DNA of 64,000 bases from Haliotis cracherodii. Lineage: Eukaryota. The notes under the pieces were generated by a model that was given only the letters and a program-made list of their open reading frames with translations, was not told the origin of the DNA and searched no databases. The position numbers and the translations under genes are program-made. Shown here piece by piece: positions 24,679 through 38,166 of this stretch. Position 1 is the stretch's first letter. Each line of letters opens with the position of its first letter. The DNA is taken from contig NW_027266300.1 of NCBI RefSeq assembly GCF_022045235.1, forward strand, positions 248,001 through 312,000, written 5' to 3'.

Positions 24679-27600
24679 TCAAGCCTTCCCTCCCTTCTGG
24701 CCCGCCGCCAGCTCCTCCATGACTGGCTTGAAGGGGATGCAGAGGCTGAACAGATCGTTGAAGAATGTGCCGTCGTTGTCTCCTCCCCCGAAGATGATGA
24801 CCTCGTCCTCCTCCTGGTTCTCATGGCTGTACGGCAGACAGATCGAGAGGTGGCCAGCCCTGGCAGTGGGCGCACCGTCAACACGGATACAGCTCCAGCT
24901 CCTCTCCACTGAAAGCAGAAGTCAGCTGATATAAGTGGTTGGACGATACAAAGATGCATCAGTGGATCGCGATATCTTACTAGTTAAAAATATTGATTCA
25001 TACCTTAAATGTTTACTTTATTGCCTGTTACACCAAACACTAATTATTAGTAGAAATTATTAGTGAAAATTAAATATTGTCATCCATTGCCCCATACTTG
25101 ATACTGCCTGTCAGTGTACCAGGTATTTGACTATCCTGAAGATGTAATCATGACACAGCCCCAAACGCTTTTGCATGTGTTGATGTACCAGACACCCCCC
25201 CCTCCCCTTCCTATGTGGTTGGACTGTATTGATGTCTCACCTAGGTTGAAGATGTGGGTGTCGTCCAGTGCGTTGTTGCCGTCATACCCGCCATGGATGA
25301 GGATGCGGTTGTTGCTGAGAGCGCAGGAAGCATGCCAACTGAAACAAGACCATTTGTAAAGCGAGACGATAGATTTGTGGAGACCACATCAATTGAAACC
25401 AAATCCATGACAGAATCTACAAAATGATGAAGCCAGTCATTACCCATGAAGATCCAGGGTAGAATATGTCTTTAGCAAACATGCTTGTCGTAAGAGGCGA
25501 CTCAAGGGATCAGGGGTGGGGTGTCAGGCTTGCAGACTTGGTTTGCTGCACGTCATTGTATCCCAATTTGCATGGATTAATGCTCATGATATCAATCACT
25601 GGATTGCCTGGTCCAGACTTATAGAGCTTGAATATTGCGGTGGCGTTAAAAAATAAACAAACAAAAACTTGTACAGCTTGAATATTGCTGATAGCAGCGT
25701 CAAACAAGAAGCAAACAAACAAGCAAACACAGTGTAACTTCTATTGTATGAGCATAACCAAAACATTTGAAACTGTAGCTTCCGGTCAGGTTCATCCTAT
25801 AGCCTCACCTTCGTGCTTTTGGTGGCATCCCCTTGACCTCTGGCTTGGACCAATCAACAGTACCTGAAAACAAGGTCAAATGTCAGTTTGGGGGGGTCAA
25901 GGCTGTTTTACAGCAGCAGGGGTCACATAGTTTCACAATAAAATATTTCGGATATTATATCAACCGTCCTTCAGCTCAGATCACTGTCACTAGACACCAG
26001 TGGATCACAAGATGGCCTCACCCAAATCAAGGATGTTTAGATCTACTCACCCAAATCAAGGATGTTTAGATCCACTCACCCAAATCAAGGATGTTTAGAT
26101 CTACTCACCCAAATCAAGGATGTTTAGATCCACTCACCCAAATCAAGGATGTTTAGATCCACTCAGCCAAATCAAGGATGTTTAGATCCACTCAGCCAAA
26201 TCAAGGATGTTTAGATCCACTCAGCCAAATCAAGGATGTTTAGATCCACTCAGCCAAATCAAGGATGTTTAGATCCACTCACCCATATCAAGGATGTTTA
26301 GATCCACTCACCCATATCAAAGATTTTCAGATCAACTCACCCATATCCAGAATGTATAAGTCGTTGAAGCAGATCGGGGCGTCCCATCCTCCAAACACAA
26401 CCAACTGGTCCTTGATGAGCGTGGCAGAATGTCTGCAGACAAGATGGGTACACAGGACATCAGGAATGTGGTCACAAAATAATCACTTGAAATTAGAGCC
26501 ATTCTTCAGCATATCAATATTATTTTCCTCCGATAAACAAAAAACAAGTTACCAGACGAGGGAGCAACTGTTTTAGGCTGTAACACCTTACTTTACTGTA
26601 GAACTTGGGAGTATCTTGAACCACCCCTTCCCAATACCTGACTGACGGATGGACGTCTCACTAAGTCACCACTCCAATCCATAAAAGCACCCCCTCACCG
26701 CAAACACTTCATCAACACAACACTGACATGCGTTGTCACGTACCCGGAGCGAGGTGCAGGTTTATCCCCGGTGACGATGGGGCAGTACCAGTTCTCCATG
26801 ACTGGGCTGAAGATGTGGATCTCATTACTGCAACCGTCGGGGTTTGGGTCAGGTCGGGGATACACCCCACCAAATATCCACAGCTCATGGCGATACAGTG
26901 TCGCGCTGTGGTATGATCTCGTTGGGGCTTTGCCGTTAACCTGAGTGAGGAAGAGAAGAGTTACACCGGCGTCTCATCTGGAGACAATGTTAGACTACTC
27001 GTCACACAACATATTGTCAAATACTACACTCAGTAGGGATTGTCCTGGGACAGGTTAGACTGGGTGAGACCTCGGCTCAACGTGTGAATTGTCTGCCTGT
27101 ATAACAGTATCAGTATGATAGGCTGATTGTGTCACGTTTTGTCACCACGGGAACTGTGCACGATTTCTAAGGCTGGCTGATAACGATTATCAAAATGAAA
27201 ATTGTCATTGATTATACTATACCTAACATAAACTTTGTGACATCAAAGTTGTAATGTACCGAAAACAGACCTGTTATTGTCAATTGCCCGAGACAGAAGC
27301 AATCTGCTGATCACAACAAACTGAGTGATGACACTACTTGCTATTCATGTACTATTTTCTTAACTCATACTCTTAGTAAAGCTAAATACTGAAAATAGAA
27401 TTCCTTAATTGAGATTTACGAATTGGTTAACAATTCCCTGAGCAAAGAATCACAAACCATGCCGACATCTGCCTTCAGTCCTGTATGTGATTACAGCTGG
27501 CAACTGCTAAATGATGCTTTGGCATTCATATTCGGAAATGAAGCCATAAAAATACAGTAAAAACTTTTCCATCGATGATTGACAGATATAAGGTGAACAA

Positions 27601-30600
27601 TTATCAATCTCTATAATCTATATAGCCAGCCATAACGATGTCAGAGCTTCGACTGTTAACTTTCTGACATCTTCAGTGGTAAAACTAACAGTTTTAGTCC
27701 ACTAGTCTTTTCAATAACATGACAGCAAACTCCCCAAACTGGCAAATTTCTACTTGTCCTTATGATATCTTGACTAGTGGGCAATTTGGCAAGGACTACA
27801 GGACGAGAGCAAATTTCTAATGCTGATCTTTATAATGCAACATTATCGTCTGTCCCCCCACCCCTCAGTGAAGGCGGAGACATTAACGTCTGTCCCCCCC
27901 ACCCCTCAGTGAAGGCGGAGACATTAACGTCTGTCCCCCCCACCCCTCAGTGAAGGCGGAGACATTATCGTCTGTCCCCCCCACCCCTCAGTGAAGGCGG
28001 AGACATTATCGTCTGTCCCCCCACCCCTCAGTGAAGGCGGAGACATTATCGTCTGTCCCCCCCACCCTTCAGTGAAGGCGGAGACATTATCGTCTGTCCC
28101 CCCCACCCCTCAGTGAAGGCGGAGACATTATCTAAAACTGGACAATCACCTTGATGAGCTGCCACTTCCACTCGTCCACATCCAGCATATGCACGTCATG
28201 GAACCACTTCAGGTTTTTAGATCCCCCGTATACATATATACACCGCGCCGTGGGGTCATAGGTGGCGCTGTGTCCCATGCGGTACTCAGTCTTCTGACCT
28301 TCCACTGTCAACTCTGGCGACCTCCATCGCCTGGTGTCTGCAACCCAACACAAGCTACACAAAACCCGACACAACACAACCTGTCACAACACAACCTGTC
28401 ACGACACAACCCGAAACAACACAACCCAAGCTTAACAAACCGGGCTAAGGGGGTGCTGCAATATTGAAGCATGTTTCAGAAATACCTGGTGACAGTCACC
28501 CATTGAAGCAAGGCTGGCTATGTATACGTAAACTACGGTTGGATGATTGAACATTGTGTAAATTTCATATTTTCATTGAACAAATTTGTGAACAGCAAAA
28601 CAAACACACAAACTCCTATTGCCGCCATGACCATAACATGAGATGCTCAGTAAAACATTGTGCATGAATAGGGAAGTAACTGCGCACTACATTGGATCAC
28701 ATTTTTTAAAGTTTTGTAGAATTTCACTGATGGGGTCATGTGTTTGAGATGCTGAATATCTAAGGATTTTTAAAAACAAAATGAAAATAAAAATAAAAAA
28801 CATGCGGCAGACTTTGATGTGGGCGGTGCCTGAGAACCAAGACTATTAGCTGGTGATGTCAAGAGATAAATGTGGGGGGTCTGCCTTTATCAAGGGGGTG
28901 CAATATCCGTAGCACTGAGTACCTGGGTCGAGCGTCCACACTGCGTCGCGGCTGAGTTGCTGCCGATCACCCTGGCCACCGACCAAGACTGCGCGGTTGT
29001 TGTGGATCATGCACATGGACGATCCCCATCGGCTGCTGGGACTCGGAGCTGAAGACACAACACACACATACAAACAACCTAGCACATTGTGCATACAAAA
29101 CTTACATGCAGAAGTCTCATCCTGATGTCACCTCACGAGAGTTATCACTAGGACGGGGACGGTACACCAACTGTGTGATCCCATACATAGCACCATAGTT
29201 GCATTTGCTCTTATCTGTGGTGAGTAAGCATATTTTCCATCTTTTTAACCTGGACACTGATGGTTTACAGTTGTCAGTGTCCAGTAAGGCACAATGGAAT
29301 ATCGCAATGCTTCAATGTATCACCCCACTCCTAGTGAGTCACAAACTTACCACTGACGAGCAGCTGTAACCCGCGCCATCTTGTCAACCAAGGCATGAAA
29401 CAAGGAATGAATCTTGGCTATATTTGGGGCGGTCGGGTAGCCTCGTTGTCAAAGCGTTCGCTCGTCACGTCTAAGACCTGGGTTCTATTCCTGACATGGT
29501 TACAATGTGTGAAGCCCATTTCTGGTGTCCCCCGCCTTGCTATTACTGGAATATTGCTAAAAGCGGCGTAAAAGCAAACTCACTCACTCACCTATATTGA
29601 ATGTAAAGACCGAGTTGATCTTGTCGCCATAGCAACAGATCTTGTATCTTTGAGTCAATATCTCCAGATAAATCTGTGGCTACATGGGAATTCTCAAAAT
29701 AAAATACCGTAAATCTTCCAAGTCAAAGAGAGCGTGAATTAAATGTGAAAAAATTGAGAGGTCTTTGCGCGCATTAATTAACTTCACATTTATTTCTCCA
29801 AAATGACTACCAACAATAAGACGGCCTCACTGCACACGTTGGATAGTGAATATACCAACTTGAATATAAACACAAACACGGTTTATTTAGCAGCAGTTGT
29901 AACAAGAATATATAAATGTCATTCAAAAAATAGGAATTACACAATGGGTATTCCGGTGAGTTATCACTGCTGGGGTCAAGAGTTCTACCCACTTGCGTCA
30001 AGCTTGTTGACACCTTCTCCGCGTACCAATCAGTGAACTGTTGTTGGTTCCATTGTTTTAGTACCTTTGAACTTCCTCAATGCCAGTCAACAGAGTAAAC
30101 CAATCTCATTACAATCAGATCTTAGTTCTCGCTGCCGCCAAACAAAGATCTGAGGACATCCCATTAGGTCACGTCAGAACGACCGGTCATTAGCCATTCT
30201 AGAATGTTCTTTTGTTCAGGTTTCAAACTTTTAATTGAGAATTTGTCAATATATGTTTTGAAGCGTAGTCGCCAATTTGAAATTAGTGATGTAAAGCATG
30301 AGAAAGCAGCCTTCTGATTGGCTAATGTCGACATCTTGTCAGTCTGATGTGACCTGCAATGGGATGTCCTTGGATCATTGTGTAGTGGTAGCCAGAACTA
30401 AGATCTGATTTTAATGTGATTGCAGAGTAAACATATAAACTGAGTGTTGTTTTTAGGAAAACACTGTTTATTGTTTTGACGGAAGTGCTTTACTCAGTGG
30501 TAATAAGCGGTGCTATTGATATTGAGTTGCTATACTAGGGTTCAGCAGTTGTATAAATTTGGTGACGCAATGATTTCCAGATTTCCAGTACTCGGACGTA

Positions 30601-33600
30601 TCACAGGTAGATGTCTGACCTCCATCATGCCCATGACCATGTTTCTAAACCTGGACACTTTATTCATTCTAGAGCTGAAACTCGTCTAAATGTGAACATA
30701 CCCCTTATTGAGACATCTTTACACCGTGAGAGTCTTGGACCGGTCTTGGGCAGTATGGCAGAATTGTTGACTTGGAGTACAGGTGTTCCTACAGTTTCAG
30801 AATTTTTCTTGCCATATTTCTTTGGAGTTTTGAATTCATTCTTCAGAGCCCTCATCCTGGTGTTAAGTTTCTGTTTGCGTGCGCTGGGAGCCTCCGGAGT
30901 CTCGTCTGTGCTCTCACGGCCGCGCTTCTTCTGTTTCCTTGGCAACGGTGAGGGTGTGGACAGCTGCAACAAGACAGAGAGTCTAGATACATGTATACAA
31001 TGTACTGTCTGAATGTAGGAACATCACCTGCTGACAGCCTACACGTCAAGACAGAGAGTCTAGATACATGTACACAATGTACTGTCTGAATGTAGGAACA
31101 TCACATGCTGACAGCCTACACGTCAAGACAGAGAGTCTAGATACATGTACACAATGTACTGTCTGAATGTAGGAACATCACCTGCTGACAGCCTACACGT
31201 CAAGACAGAGAGTCTAGATACATGTACACAATGTACTGTCTGAATGTAGGAACATCACCTGCTGACAGCCTACACGTCAAGACAGAGAGTCTAGATACAT
31301 GTACACAATGTACTGTCTGGATTTAGGAACATCACCTGCTGACAGCCTACACGTCAAGACAGAGAGTCTAGATACATGTACACAATGTACTGTCTGGATT
31401 TAGGAACATCACCTGCTGACAGCCTACACGTCAAGACAGAGAGTCTAGATACATGTACACAATGTACTGTCTGAATGTAGGAACATCACCTGCCGACAGC
31501 CTACACGTCAAGACAGAGAGTCTAGATACATGTACACAATGTACTGTCTGGATTTAGGAACATCACCTGCTGACAGCCTACACGTCAAGACAGGGTGTCT
31601 AGATACATGTACACAATGTACTGACTGAATGTAGGAACATCACCTGCCGACAGCCTACACGTCAAGACAGAGAGTCTAGATACATGTACACAATGTACTG
31701 TCTGAATGTAGGAACATCACCTGCCGACAGCCTACAGGTCAAGACAGAGAGTCTAGATACATATACACAATGTACTGTCTGGATGTAGGAACATCACCTG
31801 CAGACAGCCTACACGTCAAGACAGAGAGTCTAGATACATGTACACAATGTACTGTCTGAATGTAGGAACATCACCTGCAGACAGCCTACACGTCAAGACA
31901 CAATGGAATGTTCAGCTCATCACTCGGCAGGGATGTGGGTCTGACATGGCATCATGAGCAGCACGGCAAGGGGGACAATGGCTGGCTGAGGGAGATCCAC
32001 ATCAAAATAACAATTCCGGTTTAGATAAGCCTTGAAGTTATTACTAAGCAGCAGTTGGTACCAGCCTCTGGCTTTCTGTTCAACATGTTGTAGAATACGG
32101 ACATAAACCTTGTAGACTCAGCGCAGTGGCTGAAGGAGCAGGCTTATTTTGATTTATCTTGATGTTTGTTTGTTGTTTTATGCCGCACTCAGCATTAATC
32201 AAGCTGTATGACGGTGGTCTGGACCAAACAATCCAGAGACATAATGAACATCAATCCACACAGTTGGGATACAATTACACGCATCAACCAAGTCAGCGAG
32301 TCTGACCACCTGATCCTGTTAGTCGCCTCTTACGGCAAGCATGGGTTGCTGAAGACCTATTCTACCCCGGATCTTCAAACTTAAACCTTTTCCAACATTC
32401 CCCAGACAATGTATTCTTCCCAAACTGTCGCCGTCTGCCAGCTGACCTGTGGTGTGTTTTCGTTTTCCTCCTGTATGTTCTCCTGCTTCTTGACCACTTC
32501 TTCCTCCGTGGTCGGTGTTGCGAGGCTGCTGTCGTAGCTGTGGTCACCCCCCTGCACCTCCACACACAGCTTGGCCAGGGACACAGCGCTGTTGCTGTGT
32601 TCCAGCTTTGCTGTGTCCTTGGTCTTCTCCCACAGAATACATCTGCACAAAACGATGCAATCATAAATTATTATTTTCCAAATGTCATCAAAGCCAAATA
32701 AACTGCAAGTAATTCTTCACCTGACTTAGAAAACTAAATGGTCCACTGAGTTTCCAATTTATGAAAATTAGTGTTGTCACTCCAGGATGTGTCTTGATTT
32801 GTCTGGACCGGCTCTGAGGTTACTCCTGTTACAGCCGAGGGTGACCTGTCTACCACAGATAACGGGGTGGACACAACAAACAGTGAGGAGGCTTCACTAA
32901 TACCCCGACCTTGACTCCAACATGAGATGAAGAACAATACTGATAATGGAGATATACAGATGCCTTAACATTTCAGCCAGTTTCTCTTAAAAAGCACAAT
33001 GACACAATCTAATGTCATCATTTAAAGATGCACTGTCATGGTCATCATAGGTACGGGGTCGAAAAATATCTCTTAATTCAAATCATGAAAAAAAAAGCAA
33101 TATCTTCTCAGAAAATTCACTTGTCGAAGTGAAACTTTGCACTGCACCTCTCCTATTGGTATAGAAACTGTTCCCTCAATTACAAAAGAATCCATGAAGT
33201 AGTTTTCAAGTTATAGGTCGCACAAATGTTGATGTAAAAAAATGAAAAATAGCATATGTTCCTATTACATTTTACAGCAATGTGTCAATAATTTATGTGG
33301 CAGAAGAATGGCCTGCTTCAACTTTCCAAATTTTATTGAACCAAGAAACAACCTGGTTTTGATTGGAGCAACTTGATCTTCATGTCAACCTGACTGGTCT
33401 GATTGTCCCCCCCCCCACTCAGTACATGACCTGATTCTCTCTCCCCACCCCCAACAACTCTGTACATGACCTGATTGTCCCCACCCCATTGTCAATAACC
33501 TAGTGTATAAAGTGTCCCCCACCCCACTCTGTCAATGACCTAGTGTATAAAGTGTCCCCCACCCCACTCTGTCAATGACCTAGTGTATAAAGTGTCCCCC

Positions 33601-36600
33601 ACCCCACTCTGTCAATGACCTAGTGTATAAAGTGTCCCCCAGGCCACTCTATCAATGACCTGGTGTATAAAGTGTCCCCCATCCCACTCTATCAATGACC
33701 TGGTGTATAAAGTGTCCCCCACCCCACTCTGTCAATGACCTGGTGTATAAAGTGTCCCCCACCCCACTCTGTCAATGACCTAGTGTATAAAGTGTCCCCC
33801 ACCCCACTCTGTCAATGACCTAGTGTATAAAGTGTCCCCCACCCCACTCTGTCAATGACCTAGTGTATAAAGTGTCTCCCACCCCACTCTGTCAATGACC
33901 TAGTGTATAAAGTGTCCCCCACCCCACTCTGTCAATGACCTGGTGTACAAAGTGTCCCCCATCCCACTCTGTCAATGACCTGGTGTATAAAGTGTCTCCC
34001 ACCCCACTCTGTCAATGACCTAGTGTATAAAGTGTCCCCCATCCCACTCTGTCAATGACCTGGTGTACAAAGTGTCCCCCATCCCACTCTGTCAATGACC
34101 TAGTGTATAAAGTGTCTCCCACCCCACTCTGTCAATGACCTAGTGTATAAAGTGTCCCCCACCCCACTCTGTCAATGACCTGGTGTACAAAGTGTCCCCC
34201 ATCCCACTCTGTCAATGACCTGGTGTATAAAGTGTCCCCCATCCCACTCTGTCAATGACATAAAGTGTCCCCCACCCCACTCTGTCAATGACCTAGTGTA
34301 TAAAGTGTCCCCCACCCCACTCTGTCAATGACCTAGTGTATAAAGTGTCTCCCACCCCACTCTGTCAATGACCTAGTGTATAAAGTGTCTCCCACCCCAC
34401 TCTGTCAATGACCTAGTGTATAAAGTGTCTCCCACCCCACTCTGTCAATGACCTAGTGTATAAAGTGTCCCCCACCCCACTCTGTCAATGACCTAGTGTA
34501 TAAAGTGTCTCCCACCCCACTCTGTCAATGACCTAGTGTATAAAGTGTCTCCCACCCCACTCTGTCAATGACCTAGTGTATAAAGTGTCCCCCACCCCAC
34601 TCTGTCAATGACCTAGTGTATAAAGTGTCTCCCACCCCACTCTGTCAATGACCTGGTGTATAAAGTGTCCCCCACCCCACTCTGTCAATGACCTGGTGTA
34701 TAAAGTGTCCCCCACCCCACTCTGTCAATGACCTAGTGTATAAAGTGTCCCCCACCCCACTCTATCAATGACCTAGTGTATAAAGTGTCCCCCACCCCAC
34801 TCTATCAATGACCTAGTGTATAAAGTGTCCCCCACCCCACTCTATCAATGACCTAGTGTATAAAGTGTCCCCCACCCCACTCTGTCAATGACCTGGTGTA
34901 TAAAGTGTCCCCCATCCCACTCTGTCAATGACCTAGTGTATAAAGTGTCCCCCATCCCACTGTCAATGACCTAGTGTATAAAGTGTCCCCCACCCCACTC
35001 TGTCAATGACCTAGTGTATAAAGTGTCCCCCACCCCACTCTATCAATGACCTGGTGTATAAAGTGTCCCCCACCCCACAGAAAATCACACTTTGTGCAGA
35101 ACTTGTGCAGAATTTGTCAAATCCACAGCAAAATTTAAAAAGTGAGTCAAAGGCTACATGTTCTAAACGTGTAAATGGATATTTATTTCATTTTATACTT
35201 TTGAATTATTGCTGACCGAAAGTGCACACAGAGCTGCAGGTAATATTTTGAGCAATTGAATTTCTACTCGACGGTTTTTATTTTAATTGGTTTATTCCAT
35301 TTTTCATTGTGTAACCAATATTTTTTCACTCATCTATTCATCACTCAATTGGGTTAATCCCAAAATGAGTAAACATTTTGAGATTTAAAAAATAATATCA
35401 AAAAATGTTTTAGATGTACATAACAATTCTAAATATAGGCTTGGCTCAGAAAGTAACTCGTAATTATGTTTGGGAATTAGCTCCATTGTGCGCATGTTGA
35501 AAAAGCTTCATTGGGTATTTACATGTGAGGTTTTTAATACATTGAAGTTTTTCATTTAATACATACGTTTCTGTACACAAGTTAATTGAAAGTAACTGGG
35601 TTTTGAATATTTTGGGGGGTATTTTATGCAAATACACAGCTTATCTGTAACTCTGTTTACACTAGTGATCTGATTCACTTCAATACACTTTTATTGGCGT
35701 GAGTTTTATATTTATCATAAAAATGTTTGCCACGAGTAAAACAGTGCATAACGAGGAAATTCACAAAAATTGAGCTTAAAATTGCAGAATTGAGTTTGCA
35801 GTTATCAAATTTTGTTGCAGAATTTACACAAATTGACCAGAGAACCTTTTGTATTTGGCTGACTGAAGCAATCTTCTACACCATGTACACCTAGCAAGTT
35901 GAGTTTCTAGGGTCTTGCACTGGACCAAAACAGGTGGAATAAAACACGACCAGCAAACACTTGAATCGATCGGCTACATGGTCGCCCTCGACGTACTGTA
36001 GCATCGCCATCAAACCCAGTATCCCCACGTTACAGACTAGTACTAGGTTCTGTGGTTATACTGCGATGGGTTAATTCAGCACATACCTCGTGTGTTTGTC
36101 TAGTGAACCAAACTGTATCCTGTCATCCCCAAGGGTGATGCTCACATCAAGTGTTGTGCCAGTCTTCTTGGATTCTTTGTTGCTGGGAAACTTTCCCAGT
36201 GAGAAAAGCACCACGGAGTCTGGGAGTGGCACCGGGAGCCTGCTGTAGAAAAACAGACTGCCGTCGGACCTGGAACATCAACACAAACAAGGTCAAGGTC
36301 ATATTTGGTCTTGCTGAAACCAATTTCAGCCAAGGCCACTAGTGCATTTATATTGACTTGTCAGACATGTTGGAGCATCGTTCCGATCCAGCCTGTGATT
36401 GTTCACACGTACGCCGGATCACAGGACATCACATCCCCAAGTTTACTTGTCCCAAACTAGAGGCCCTGATGTTAATTTCAAGGCAGTTTGTAGACACTGC
36501 TGACTCGTAGACACAATTTCCAGTAAATTCAAAGAAAAACCGAGGGTAAATTTCAGACACTTTTTATATTTATAATTAGATCTAGATCTAATATATTATA

Positions 36601-37622
36601 CCCGTGTTATCAGACGCTTTCAAAACATTCATTGTTTTCTCTCTAATCGCACGAATAACTGGAAAGCATTTCATTCACTCACTTATACAAGACAACTTCC
36701 TCTTAAAAACAAGCCACATCTGAGTTTTGATACCCCCTGTTAAAGCACGAGTAATCACGATAAAAATTGTAGTCCGAAAACGTATGATCATGCAACATTA
36801 ACTTAAGTGTTCATTTCATTTATAATTTTTCAAGTCTATTTTGCAATTTTATTTGTTTTGTCTACGAACTGGAAGTTTCTAAAAATCTCCATGGCAACAA
36901 ATTATTTTTTTGATTACAAGTTAACTAGCTAGACCTATGCAGTGTAATTTCAAACCCTGAGTATGAATTCCTAGATCCATATTTCAATACTTTCAATGGG
37001 ATACACCCGACTCGCCTAAAAAAATCGTTTATTGTATTTTAGAATAAGTATGAAACTATCAGAAATACTTAGTAATGCATTTTATACACATAATGTACCT
37101 AAATGTTAGTGTTAGTGTTGTAGTCTCGGTCCCAATAGCGTAACCGACTGGGCTCTGGCTCACCGCCTCAACATGAAGCGCAGCGCGTTTAGCATGGTAT
37201 GGATGATACGTTTTTTTAAATATTATTTCCATAATTGTGTATGAATATACTAGTAATTGTGATCATTAGGCCTAACCTAAGTTGTATTTGCCAAACGCAT
37301 ACCAAAATATTATATATATTTTTTAGGCGAGTCGGGTCAGATTTTTTTAGGCGAGTCGGGTGCAACTCCTTTCAATCCTGGCCTGTTGTTTCCCTTCAAA
37401 TATACTTGGTTAAATTTATTAATGTTTACGAAATAACATTTTTTTTATCGTGTACAAGACTGTCTTGTGTACAGGGTCGCGTCCGTCAACACTGTTCAAC
37501 ACAATTAAATGAATTATTACCCTGGATTTTACAACAAGCAAACGAACTGAACATATTTACCGTGTAAGTTCCACAGGAGGCGACTGAATGTCTGATAACA
37601 GATATAGTTTTAAACCGTTCAT
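24679..37622 (-). CDS. kelch-repeat (beta-propeller) protein, ~562 aa; exons 37622-37561, 36269-36087, 32642-32447, 30963-30702, 29048-28923, 28337-28150, 26940-26744, 26432-26341, 25863-25809, 25338-25241, 24908-24679
   Basis: Six kelch blades (PSSRWGSSMC..VLVGGQG; RMGHSAT..IYVYGGSK; PTRSYHSAT..LWIFGGV; RSGHSAT..LVVFGGWD; RSWHASC..ILIHGGYDG; ARAGHLS..VIIFGGGD) after an N-terminal domain and a basic NLS-like linker (RKQKKRGR). All 10 introns are GT-AG and phase-consistent. RABEPK/KLHDC-like; orthology not determined. Confidence 0.9.
25443..25730 (+). mobile_element. SINE-like family B copy with duplicated tail
   Basis: ACCCATGAAGATCCAGGGTAGAATATGTC ... CTTGTCGTAAGAGGCGAC ...; the tail segment AGCTTGAATATTGC occurs twice. 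Confidence 0.8.
26017..26347 (-). repeat. 29-bp minisatellite (~11 copies) containing the kelch exon 8 end plus donor
   Basis: - strand unit GAT(A/T)TGG|GTGAGTGGATCTAAACATCCTT; four central copies read GG-CTGAGT (GT lost). Confidence 0.93.
27839..28131 (+). repeat. 40-41-bp minisatellite (~7 copies) starting ~18 nt into the intron after kelch exon 6
   Basis: Unit CATTATCGTCTGTCCCCCCACCCCTCAGTGAAGGCGGAGA. Confidence 0.95.
29426..29590 (+). mobile_element. tRNA-derived SINE family A, full length
   Basis: GGGGCGGTCGGGTAGCCTCGTTG (A box-like) ... GGGTTCTATTCC (B box-like), shared core, (CACT)n tail. Confidence 0.88.
30101..30422. mobile_element. MITE with ~75-bp TIRs and a 10-bp target-site duplication (Mutator-like)
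   Basis: CAGAGTAAAC flanks both ends (30091-30100, 30423-30432); CAATCTCATTACAATCAGATCTTAGTTCT... is inverted at the right end. Confidence 0.85.
30970..31900 (+). repeat. 77-bp minisatellite (12 copies) abutting the kelch exon 4 acceptor
   Basis: Unit AAGACAGAGAGTCTAGATACATGTACACAATGTACTGTCTGAATGTAGGAACATCACCTGCTGACAGCCTACACGTC; its last copy supplies the pyrimidine tract of the acceptor at 30964-30965. Confidence 0.95.
32165..32377 (-). mobile_element. SINE-like family B copy
   Basis: Reverse complement of the family B sequence (TTAGTCGCCTCTTACGGCAAGCATGGGTTGCTGAAGACCTATTCTACCCCGGATCTTCA). Confidence 0.85.
33490..35077 (+). repeat. 40-bp minisatellite (~40 copies) in kelch intron 2
   Basis: Unit GTCAATGACCTAGTGTATAAAGTGTCCCCCACCCCACTCT. 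Confidence 0.97.
36995..37372. mobile_element. non-autonomous TIR element (possibly Kolobok-like)
   Basis: CACCCGACTCGCCTAAAAAAATC (~37004-37025) is inverted as GATTTTTTTAGGCGAGTCGGGTG (~37340-37362), with a second partial copy at ~37321-37337. Confidence 0.55.
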
Positions 37623-38108
37623 GTCTTCAGTTTTCTCAACATTCAGGCAGCACTTGATCCTCCCGATTTCATCCGCCGACAACAACCACAATGAAATTTG
37701 GCGCGTGTTTTGGCTTCGGTCTGTTTCCAAAACGAGAGTTATTTCCCTTTGACTAACATTTATAGTCCGTTTCCAAAGAATGGTGTATAGATTTTGTTTT
37801 AGAGTTGCACTTATAAAATGGCCTGGTCAGTTATTATAGACTTAGGGTAGAGGGTGGTAGGGTGGGGATGGGATTGGTCTAAGGACTGTATTATATTTTG
37901 CCGCACCCCAACCCACCATTTTATGTAACATTTTTTCTAAGTCAGTAAGGTATTACGAAAATAGAAATCATATCAATACAAAAACAGAAATTATGTGAAT
38001 ACCAAACTCACAATAGATATGTGTACCCTACTCACACACACGAGTCCCAAAGAGGGACAGGTCAGCCGAAATTGCTTAGGCAGAAGGCGACCTCTTGAAC
38101 ACCTTATG

Positions 38109-38109
38109 C

Positions 38110-38152
<43 letters not shown>

Positions 38153-38166
38153 GGAAGAAGAAGAAG
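38109..38166 (+). repeat. (CAA)n(GAA)n microsatellite
   Basis: About 14 CAA followed by GAA repeats. Confidence 0.95.

Noticed and set aside
33490-35077. Regular repeats as a CRISPR array
   Set aside because: Head-to-tail units without unique spacers, eukaryotic context, no cas genes; the same applies to every array here.
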